Part shown: piece by piece, positions 11,161 through 20,000 of the stretch
Numbering within the stretch: the stretch's first letter is position 1
Layout of the letters: each line of letters opens with the position of its first letter
DNA from: Chiloscyllium plagiosum
Taxonomy: Eukaryota
Assembly: GCF_004010195.1 (NCBI RefSeq)
Contig: NC_057757.1
Coordinates: 8,191,384 to 8,211,383, forward strand
DNA: 20,000 bases
Direction: 5' to 3'
Translations under genes and position numbers: made by a program
Notes under the pieces: model-generated
What the model was told of the DNA's origin: nothing
Seen by the model: the letters and a program-made list of their open reading frames with translations, nothing else
The model's database searches: none

Positions 11161-11686
11161 AGGGCCTCACACTGCATCTACCACAATCACGGACACTCTC
11201 CAACACATTTAAACCCTCACACACTCCGGCAGACGCTGAAACAAACAAACTCACATCAGCTCACACATGTTTTCTCACTCAAATACCTGAACGCTCAGAC
11301 ACAAAAATCTTTACAAACTCACATACAGTCCCTTACACACAAACACAGAGTCACGTATACATGTTTAAGGAGCAGCTGTCCCCTGTAATGGGGGGTATTT
11401 TGAATGGAGAGGTGGGGATGAACTAAAACCCTTCAAAATCCTTCTCCATATTCTGAGTCTTCTGATGAATGTGATATGATGCTACCCTCTGCTGGTGGAT
11501 CAATGCGACTGCGCAGGCAGAAATTCTGGGGTTGAATCATCAATGAGTCAGTAAGAGAGAGGGCAGCATCACAAAGCATCGATCAAACATAACAGCATCA
11601 GCAGCGGTAGCACAGACACGATGCTAATGTGTGATGTTTAACACAGCTCTTTAAGATAAAATACTGTGGATAATGCCAGAGCTATT
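11160..11686 (-). repeat. Inverted duplication block C' (no SINE)
   Basis: Reverse complement of 8033-8842 without the SINE. Confidence 0.93.
11481..11513 (-). promoter_or_regulatory. Candidate CTCF site, convergent with 8488-8520
   Basis: Minus strand reads CGCAG-N13-CCAGCAGAGGGTAGC. Confidence 0.5.
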
Positions 11687-12433
11687 AATAATACCAGGAA
11701 AACCTCACCCATATAGGACTGTTCCAGTTCTAATCGGAAAGAGTACATCCTTGTGGGATGGGCTATTGGGGAACCAGGCGGGCAGCCTCAGTATGCATTG
11801 ACAAGCTGGACAGACACTGTCGGGAGATGCAAGCAGCAGTCCATGCCCTGTAAGCCTGCAACACTGAGCAATGTACATTGGGCACGAGTAGGAAGTGTTC
11901 AACATGCCAAGACCAAATACAATCCCGAGGGAACCTGGCCTCTGACCACAATGGGATAATGTGCACCTTCGGGGTCCTTTCACCCCAAAGAGACCCCACA
12001 TTGACACATCTACAGCCGCCCACAGTTGGGGAGCCCCCAGCCTTTCTCCCAAGGGAGCACACCTTTAGCACACACCCCTGACTCACAGCTGATAGAAGAT
12101 CCCATGAATCCTGTGGTTACCCAGTGTCAAACAGCGAATGGTCATACACTGTACACAGCCCCCATTGCAGCCACCCAGCTGGTGGGCAACACCAAAAAGG
12201 GGATTCTCTTTGATTCCACCTCAGACCCAGACCCTTTTTGGATGAGATCTCCGGACAGTCTGTCATACACGGACTGGACGCTGAAGAACAAACCAAATTA
12301 ATCTCAAGGGTGCTTTAGTTCAGGGGGCCATTCAGATATCCCCAAGGACCCAACAGCTCGGGGGAGAGAGACCCTTGATGAAATGAAGCCAGTGGTCTTC
12401 ACTGCAGTAGGGCAGCATAAGACAGACTCCATT

Positions 12434-12781
12434 GAGGCACAGTGGCTCAATGGTTAGCTCTGCAACCGCACAGTGCCAGGGACCAGAGTTTGATTCTAGT
12501 CTGGGGCAACTGTCTATGTGGAGTTTGCACATTCTCCCCATGTCTGCATGTGTTTCCTCCGGGTGCTCTGGTTTCCTCCCACAGTCCAAAAGTGTGCAGG
12601 TCAGGTGAAATGGCCAAGCTAAGTTGCCCCTAGTGTTCAGGGATGTGTAGCTTAGCTGCATTAGTCAGGGGAAGTGTTGGGTTATAAGGTAAGGGATGAG
12701 TCTGGGCGGGATACTCTTTGGAGGGTCGGTATGGACTTGTTGGGCCAACTGGCCTGTTTCCACACTATCGGGGTTCTATGA
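12434..12781 (+). mobile_element. tRNA-derived SINE (HE1-like), near full length
   Basis: ggcacagtggctcaatggttagc (A box), decayed B box gagtttgattctag, body tgtggagtttgcacattctcccc...cctccgggtgctctggtttcctcccacagtccaaa, and tail ggcctgtttccacact...ttctatga. Confidence 0.92.
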
Positions 12782-12792
12782 AATAATTTTTC

Positions 12793-12872
12793 AAAAATCA
12801 CACAACACCAGGTTCTAGTCCAACAGGTTGAACTAGTCCACCCCGATTCAATACCAGCACCTTCACATCATG
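12793..12872. mobile_element. Internally deleted remnant of a Penelope-type repeat
   Basis: aaaaatcacacaacaccaggtt.tagtccaacaggtt resembles a common shark repeat terminus (from recall). Confidence 0.55.
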
Positions 12873-13098
12873 AAATAGGGTGTGATCTCGGGATGGGGCT
12901 CATGGTGTTTGAGTGGACAGCGTTATTGCTAGTAGATTCCAGATTCTGTCTTTGTTAGTTTATTATCATGTAACCCCCCTCTGTAATCAGGATTACACTT
13001 GTTATTGTAATGGGTTTGTTCATTTCCAGAAATGTGAAAAACAGCAGCAAAGCCGAGCAATGCTGTCACCTCGATCTCCCCAAGGAGCTTCCACACAG

Positions 13099-13104
13099 TA
13101 TAAG
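13099..13104 (+). promoter_or_regulatory. TATA-like box of the GPCR gene
   Basis: TATAAG lies ~90 bp upstream of the ATG and ~25-30 bp upstream of Inr-like tcag motifs at 13125-13133. Confidence 0.55.
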
Positions 13105-13191
13105 GCAGCGTCTCTGGGAATGCATCAGCTCAGAGTTTCAAACAAGGAGCTTGTCAGCTGCCTGAAGGGACAGATCCCCTCACACAGAAAA

Positions 13192-13258
13192 ATGCTTCAA
13201 CCAATTGATCACGTGAAGAAGGTGTTCTACTCAATCCTTGCTTTTATTGGCATTCCAG
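13192..13258 (+). CDS. gpr139-like: GPR139-like class A GPCR, coding exon 1 (N-terminus and first half of TM1)
   Basis: AAAATG start, MLQPIDHVKKVFYSILAFIGIP plus 1 nt, then donor CAG|gtatgg. The phase 1 intron joins exon 2 in frame (G|TT = Val). The position matches, as I recall it, the TM1 intron of vertebrate GPR139 (YYSLLLCLGLP|ANIL). Confidence 0.9.
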
Positions 13259-13534
13259 GTATGGCATTGTGACAATTGAAGTTGTTTTAATCTGCTGCTG
13301 ATCTGCTCTTTGGTTTTACCATTTGAACAATAACATCTCCAGCTCATTGACTGGTCAGCCTTATCCAGACCCCGGGACAGTGACAGCAGTTCACTGAGCA
13401 GCATTTTCGGTACAATTCTCCACTGACATAGACTCCCAACTTCACTGCTGCTGCAGCATTTTCTGGTCTCAGCGTTCTGTGATCTGTTCCAGTTTCATGT
13501 GGTTTGAAGGCGTGAGGAGAGATCAGGCAGGTTA

Positions 13535-13626
13535 GTTCTGAAGAAGGGTCACTGCACCCGAGACATTAACTCTGTGGTCTCTCCCCCAGATGCTGCCAGA
13601 CGTAATGAGCAATTTCTAGTTTTGTT
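13535..13626 (+). mobile_element. Intronic Penelope-type terminal repeat with a decayed hammerhead core
   Basis: ctgaagaagggtcactgcacccgagacattaactctg...cagatgctgccagac...agcaatttct.gttttgtt. Confidence 0.7.
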
Positions 13627-13764
13627 ATGCAAGTGAGGCATATTATCAGCAGAGGTTTGAAGGTTAAGACGTGATCTGTGCGATTTTCTACAAGATATTG
13701 CTCAGAAACAACAGGACAGATAAAGATAAACAGTTTCCATTCACACCTAGTTCCACGAGAATTT

Positions 13765-14045
13765 TAAAGCTTTAAGAGGCGATTTCAGCAAAATCATGCA
13801 AGATATTGAAAGGAAAAGGCAGGCTAGGATTAACAATTGCCTTTGGTTGGGCATTCTAGCACGAGGGAGCATAGTCTGACAATGAGGTCCTGTGTGCTTA
13901 TGAGAGATGTTCGGAAGCACTTCTACACACAATGGGTGGGAGAGCTTTGGAAATATCTTCCACAAATGGCAATGGGTACTGGAGCAGTTGGTCAGTTTGA
14001 ATGAGGTAAGTCTTTTTTATGAAGAAAAGGAATTGAGTGGTATGG
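13765..14045 (+). mobile_element. Old intronic CR1 3' fragment
   Basis: Decayed LRGD...SSTR(G)HSL...RDVRKHFYTQWVGELWK.LP, equivalent to the CR1 ORF2 C-terminal RGH...FFTQRVV..WN.LP. Confidence 0.75.
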
Positions 14046-14819
14046 ACCTGTTTTGAATTTTAAAAGCTTCATGTAACTATCATCCCTTCTGGAAATTCTT
14101 TGCTCATCACCATCTCTGGTCAGGATGTTCAAATCAAGACAGATTGCCCACCTGATCCCTGCAGGTTGAGATATTTGTCATGTACATATTAACAATGTAA
14201 CTATCACAGCAGTCCTAACATCCACATGTTATCACTAAGGGAGCAATGCATACTCTTTTATGCTACGCTTGTGTAGGACAGAAGGAGTAGTCTTGTTTGA
14301 AATCTACTGCAGGTTCTAATGATCTGTTTCCTAGTCATGTTGTGGCTCCTATCAGGTTTTGGTCTAATGCTAAGAGCAGGGGATGCTCTCCTTCCTGGAA
14401 AAGGGGAGAATTTGGTTTATCAACAGTGCAAGCGCCAGTCCTATATCTGGGTTGGGAGTGAGGTTTACTCATGGGGATCTGCACCTGCCAAAGTTGGAGC
14501 TGAGAACATTAAGAATCGATGACAGACGTTCAAATAGTCACCTTGCAACCAACCAAAACTACACAATCTCTTCTGCTCTCTTAAGAGGGACTGTGGGGTA
14601 AGTCTCTTCCAAAATCCATAAACTCTGGAGTGATTAGGCTGGAGGACAGTCTGAGGTGGTTGTGAGAGTCTTAAAATTTAAACTCACTTGATGCAAAACA
14701 ATTCAACTTACACGGTGTGCCAGTTCTGATGGTAAAAATGTATTGTTGCTCTCTGGAATAGATAATGGGAATTTCCAATCAATAATTCACTGTTTTTTTT
14801 TCTCATATGTCTCCCACAG

Positions 14820-15721
14820 TTAATTTGCTGGCGATTACAATCCTTGCCTGGGGAAAGTGTGGTGTTTCGTCTTGCACGACTCGCTACCTGGTGGTTATGG
14901 CAGCTGCTGATCTAATGGTTATTATCACTGAGATTATACTGTGGAGATTTCCCTTGTATTATTACAGGTGGTCTTTCTTGGATATCACTCCTGTGTGCAG
15001 TGTTATTGGGGTCCTGTTACGTACTGCCATAGATTGCTCTGTCTGGTTCACCGTCACTTTTTCCTTTGACCGACTTGTGACCATTTGTTGTCAGAAGTTG
15101 AGAATAAAATATTGTACTGAGAAAACTGCGTCTGTGGTTCTGGCAACAACCTGCACGCTGTTCTGGCTGAAAAACATCCCCTTCTATTTTTCAAATGAAC
15201 CTCTGAGGATAATCAAAAATGTGCCATATGACTGTATTACAAAATCAAGCTACTTTACTGAGACTTGGTGGGTGGTATTAGATTGGCTTGATACAGTTTT
15301 GACCCCTTTACTGCCATTCGCTTTAATTCTGTTTATCAATGCTATGACAGTCAGACACATTTTAGTGACCAGTCGAGTCCGGAAGAGGCTGAAAGGTGAG
15401 AGCAAAGGAGAGAAGCATAGAGACCCAGAGATGGAGAGCAGAAGGAAGTCTGTGATTTTGCTCTTCACCATCTCTGGGAGCCTCATCCTCCTGTGGTTAA
15501 TCATTGTTGTAGATTTCTTATATTATGCCATTCAAGGAATCAATCCTGACGATTACTCACCTTTTCTATATCACTTCAGTGCGGTTGGTTTCATGCTGCA
15601 GAACCTAAGCTGTTGCACAAACACATTTATTTATGCAGCAACATTGCCCCGGTTCAGAGCGAAGATCAGTAATGCAGTAAAATACCTGATTGCACAAATT
15701 CCTTGCGTTTTGAATAAATAA
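14820..15721 (+). CDS. gpr139-like: GPR139-like class A GPCR, coding exon 2 (TM1 end to stop); spliced protein 322 aa
   Basis: Polypyrimidine tract and cccacag| acceptor, then an uninterrupted 7TM ORF: N1.50 (VNLL), YLVVMAAADL (TM2), CSVWFTVTFSFDRLVTICC (TM3, DRY-like), NIPFYF (TM4), TPLLPFALIL (TM5), RRKSVILL...LLW (TM6), CCTNTFIY (TM7) and helix 8 FR. Confidence 0.95.
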
Positions 15722-15722
15722 A
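15713..15722 (+). promoter_or_regulatory. Two overlapping AATAAA hexamers over the last codons and stop (possible polyA signal)
   Basis: AATAAATAAA, with a T/GT-rich tract at ~15769-15784. Confidence 0.35.
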
Positions 15723-15771
15723 ACTCCTCCGTGAAGTACAGGAGGGTCCTATTGTTTCCAGACCATGAATG

Positions 15772-15892
15772 TTTTCTTTTTATTCACTCGTGGGATGTGC
15801 GAATCACTGGCTGGGTCCTGTGTTTATTACCCCATCCCTAATTGCCCCTTGAGAACGTGTGCTCAGCTGCCTTTTTGAACCACTGCAGTCCA
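15772..15892. mobile_element. Fragment of a common shark interspersed (LINE-associated) repeat
   Basis: ttttattcactcgtgggatgtg...tttattaccccatccctaattgccccttgagaa...agctgcc.t.ttgaacc.ctgcagtcca, recognised from recall only. Confidence 0.6.
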
Positions 15893-17597
15893 AGTTCCAA
15901 TTCAAAACCCCGAACCTTACTCCCTTATCTTTTGCCCACAACAACGTTTTACCCCTCAAACTCTTTCCCATGCCCTGTGTAATTGCCCCCATGCAGTGTC
16001 CTTTCTGCCTCGACCCTCCATTACCCCTGACATAAAAGCCCCTCTTTATCGCCCTCCAAGTCCTATATAAACCCCTTGCTGAGGACCAATCCCTCAGCCC
16101 TAAGTAAATGAGTCTGTGTGGACTGACCGGCCTGTGTTTTCCTGCCATAATGCACAGCAGGATCCCAGTCCCACAATCGCTGAACCTACATGGCCCAAGA
16201 GGGGGATATTTGGTCCTTCATGATCTACCGCATCGTGAAATGGTCCAGGACCTGTCTGGGTCCTCAAGATTCGCGCCCGAATGGCCCTAATTGAATCCCC
16301 TTCCTGTGGAGACAATTCCTCCTTGATAGCACACCCTACTGCACTCAGTGAGCATGTGCAGAGCTCACTGGCCTTTTGACTGACTGTGGTGATGCACAAG
16401 ATTCAACACCCTTCACTGAAAAAGGGGCTTTGTCTAACAGCCCTCCTCCAGTTTTCCCACCCCAGGTTTTGCCCACACCCCTTGCACCAGAAGTTGCTCT
16501 GTCCCCAATCTTACAACCCCCCAGGCCCCTGTCCAATTGTCCCTTCTCAGTGTAGCTGTATTCCCATCCACAAATGCCCCAAAATATACTCCCCATCTGA
16601 CTAGATTTGTTCCTCCCCAGGTTTTATGTCCCCCATTTTACTGTGCTACTACTTTGCGTTTGCAATATAGCCACCCCACCCAAATTGTTCCCGCATTCTG
16701 CTTGCAGTGGAATCGACGGATGCTTTCTTTTCTCCAGATACTGAAGGCCTTCACTAATGACTTTGAATTTCTGAACCTGTCTGCAGCCTTTGAAACATCA
16801 CAACTCAGTGATGGATGAGGCATCCTCAACCCATCAAACCATTCATTAACAACACAGCTCAGCATCGGAGAAATTCTGTTAAAAGATTAAATATATTTGG
16901 CATCCGGAATTTCAATGCATAAAAAACTGTCCGTAACTTTGAGGGAGTAAATGGAATTTTGAATTCGGACAAATTTACACAGAGATATATCGAGTGTCTA
17001 GAATGAGTTATCAAGGACCTTTAACAGAAAAATGTGGGTCACCTGAGAGAAAGAATAAACAAAGTATGTTTTGCCCGAATCAAACAGAAATGTCTGACTT
17101 CTGTTTTAAAGTATTAATCAATGATGTTCCACGGACTACAAATATCTCCAGAGCTCTGGAATGAGAAAGGTGGCAATAGTTAAATTGCAAAATTGGATGG
17201 GATGAAGGAATTAGGGATGGTGAGTTCTGACAGAAGAAAAAACAGTTAGAATAATGGGTTTAAATGGCACTTGAAGTGACCGTGCATTTTCGTGAAAGGG
17301 AAGTTTAGTTGAGTCTATTAAACCGATAGCTTTCTCTTGGTGATGTTTGTGTACTTGTCTTTCTTTTCAAGAAAATTGAATTTGATAATCATGCCACTAC
17401 CGCAGCATCGGAAAGATAAGTACAATCTCATCAATCTTTTGATAAGATTATACATGAAGCAAGAAGGTTTGACATGGTCTTGGGATGCTGATGTAAGTGT
17501 GCTAAAGTGATTGCTACCTCAGAAGTACCAAACATGAGGGAATGCATGAGAAAAAGAAAATGCAATGGAGAATGGGTCTCAGACATGTACACCAACT

Positions 17598-17765
17598 TGA
17601 CAAACAGATTAGTTTGGCTTGGAAGAGCTCCAAAACATAATTTAAACGATAAGACACTGATAAATGATCAATCGAGTAACTAACATTAAAACAGTGATAG
17701 TGAGCTGGAGTGAAAGTGCCCAAAATGCTGACATACACACACCACAGAAAAAGAGAGGGGAAGCA
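17598..17765 (-). repeat. Inverted duplication block B'
   Basis: Reverse complement of 6601-6767. Confidence 0.93.
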
Positions 17766-17955
17766 TTATCTAAAGGGAAAGCCCGATGAACGCTCTGTTA
17801 GAACGATATTGTTTGAGGCCATGGACATTGCAGCTCTGAGGGGCTCCTTGTATATGGGGGTAGTTACCACTTAATGTTACAATCACACATAACATTAACA
17901 AAGAAAGAAAAATATTGAAGGAATATCCTCAAGATTGATGCAGCTAAGGGGACTG

Positions 17956-18277
17956 NNNNNNNNNNNNNNNNNNNNNNNNNNNNNNNNNNNNNNNNNNNNN
18001 NNNNNNNNNNNNNNNNNNNNNNNNNNNNNNNNNNNNNNNNNNNNNNNNNNNNNNNNNNNNNNNNNNNNNNNNNNNNNNNNNNNNNNNNNNNNNNNNNNNN
18101 NNNNNNNNNNNNNNNNNNNNNNNNNNNNNNNNNNNNNNNNNNNNNNNNNNNNNNNNNNNNNNNNNNNNNNNNNNNNNNNNNNNNNNNNNNNNNNNNNNNN
18201 NNNNNNNNNNNNNNNNNNNNNNNNNNNNNNNNNNNNNNNNNNNNNNNNNNNNNNNNNNNNNNNNNNNNNNNNNNNNN
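17956..18277. other. Assembly gap (322 N)
   Basis: Run of N. Confidence 1.
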
Positions 18278-19050
18278 AGCCAATCATAAAGCTTTTGTGT
18301 TCAGATTAGTTTCCTTGGTTGGGAGTCCTGATCAGCAAAGACTCTGACCAAGGGATATACTTCCCAGGTGCTGTCTGCCAGGAAGTATGCAGGTTGCTCA
18401 ACATTAAGTGGACCCTCCACTGCCCTCATCACCCCTAGGCATCAGGGCAATTGGAATGAACCAATCGACGGTAAAACAAAGGTTTGCTAAGGAACCAACA
18501 AGAGGGATTGTCCTGGCAACAAGCCCTCTCAATAGAACTATGTAACATCCAAGCAACACCCAATCGGACAACAGGCTCAAACCCTTTGAAAGTCATCACC
18601 GGAAGGCCTATGTCAACGCCAGGAAAATTGATTTACGGAAAACTGATTCCCAACTAATTGGTGCCGCACTATTGAAGTATTGTCAAGACTGAACCAATTC
18701 TGACAAGCAAACCCTTTGAAAGTCATCACCGGAAGGCCTATGTCAACGCCAGGAACAATTGATTTACGGAAAACTGATTCCCAACTAATTGGTGCCGCAC
18801 TATTGAAGTATTGTCAAGACTGAACCAATTCTGACAAGACTGCATCCCAAAAGGTATCGGCTGCTCAGAGTGACCCCCGAAGGAGGACATGATATCATCT
18901 CAGGAACGTGGATCCATGTGAAGAAAATCCATAAAGAACTGCTAGGAGCCAAATGGGAAGCAAATTCCGAAGTGCTGCTGCTCCCTAGAACAGCAGTGAT
19001 CCAAAGTTTAATGGAAGAAAACCTAGATCTACATATCACATGAAGCAGCC
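18278..19050 (+). mobile_element. Decayed endogenous retrovirus (class I, gamma/epsilon-like) integrase core and C-terminus
   Basis: Manual translation across stops and frameshifts: GVLISKDSDQGIYFPGAVCQEVCRLLNIKWTLHCPHHP*ASGQLE*TNR / EGLSWQQALSIELCNIQATPNRTTGSNPLKVITGRPM / GHDIISGTWIHVKK...LGAKWEG/VLLLPRTAV. This matches SDQG.HF, HPQSSG.VER.N, TGLSPFE...GRP and PGDWV.VK...PRWEGP..VLL...TAV. Confidence 0.88.
18578..18838. repeat. Near-perfect tandem duplication (130 bp + 131 bp) within the integrase
   Basis: 18578-18707 and 18708-18838 differ only by a 1-nt indel (aggaaaatt vs aggaacaatt). Confidence 0.97.
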
Positions 19051-19631
19051 AGACAGGCAACCCTTCTTGCAAATATTGGTGTGATTTATGATTCGCTTAA
19101 GAGGAAATCAAAGGGATTGTTAGAGATGCCCATGACTGAGCAACACAAAATGGCCGACAGCTGCTCATGAGTAATGCAGCAGAATATGGCAGGCAGTAAC
19201 ATTTACTCAAGTTGCTGAATGTGCATCAGACATAGATAATAAATGCAACAGTTATTAATATAGTTTTCTCAAGTAGAACAATAGCAGCTCTGTAAAGACA
19301 TAGATAATAATATTGCACATTTGGGAACAATATCAGCTCAAGCTTGCACCTGACACATTAGATAGCAATAAGAACATCTCACACTGATTAGTTGCTTAAT
19401 CCATCATTACAAATATAGATTCTGTACTAATTATATGCATAGAAATCATGAATAGAAAATGTTCAAAGCAGTTTCAGACAGGAAACACAACCGCTTAAAC
19501 TCTACAAGGAGGAATGAATACAGAGACGAGCAGAGACTGGAATGCAGATTGAATGAACACATTAAAACACAACATGTTGACTCAATGATTCTTACATTAG
19601 CTGTAACCAGATAACTTTGTTGTAACTGAAT

Positions 19632-20000
19632 AAAGATGAACATTCCTTTACATCTCCTATAATGTGGAATTTAATAGATTCCTGAAGTAATAGACAATAC
19701 CTAATTAATTGGCAGTTAATATGGGACAGTTGGCACATGTTACTTGAATGCAGTATCCATTGTGAAAAGCCTCAAGAAAGAAGATTAGATTTTGGAAAAC
19801 ATCATGAAGCCCCGGGGATGGACCACAAGCCTGTACATCAGTGTTGTTTTGCTGAGGCAAGGATCAATTGTATAAAATGCTATTCCACAGAGCCAATTAC
19901 AAAGGGATAATTAAGCTCTGCTGACTAATAATAATCCCGGGGTTGGGGATTGGGTGGGGGGTGGGCTAAGGTGGGAGAATGTGCGTTTAAATTTTAAACT
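19632..20000 (-). repeat. Inverted duplication block A' (runs to the window end)
   Basis: Reverse complement of 4853-5182. Confidence 0.95.

Noticed and set aside
10654..11388. 244-aa His/Thr-rich ORF
   Set aside because: Translation of CA-rich low-complexity DNA.
12434..12505. tRNA gene
   Set aside because: The A/B boxes belong to a SINE head and continue into SINE body and tail; the same holds for 8385-8457.
14807..14819. ORF-track start MSPT as the receptor N-terminus
   Set aside because: It lies in the acceptor region and would leave TM1 incomplete; exon 1 at 13192-13258 supplies it in frame.
17864..18309. ORFs of 124-139 aa
   Set aside because: Artefacts of the second N gap.

Overview
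Repeat-rich vertebrate genomic DNA from a draft assembly with two N gaps. The CR1 LINE subfamilies, tRNA-headed SINEs and Penelope-type termini point to a cartilaginous fish (shark); this is inferred from repeat content. One intact gene is present: a two-exon class A GPCR of the GPR139/GPR142-like group on + (join 13192..13258, 14820..15721; 322 aa). It has a TATA-like box, a very short N-terminus and altered activation motifs. The rest is CR1 fragments, two SINEs, Penelope-type termini with decayed hammerhead cores, a decayed class I ERV integrase, microsatellites and small tandem duplications. The main structural surprise is a diverged mirror duplication spanning about 4.85-20 kb. Three non-coding blocks (A, B, C) recur inverted and in nested order (C', B', A'), and only the right arm carries the receptor. 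Block C holds a pair of convergent CTCF-like sites with the upstream module.
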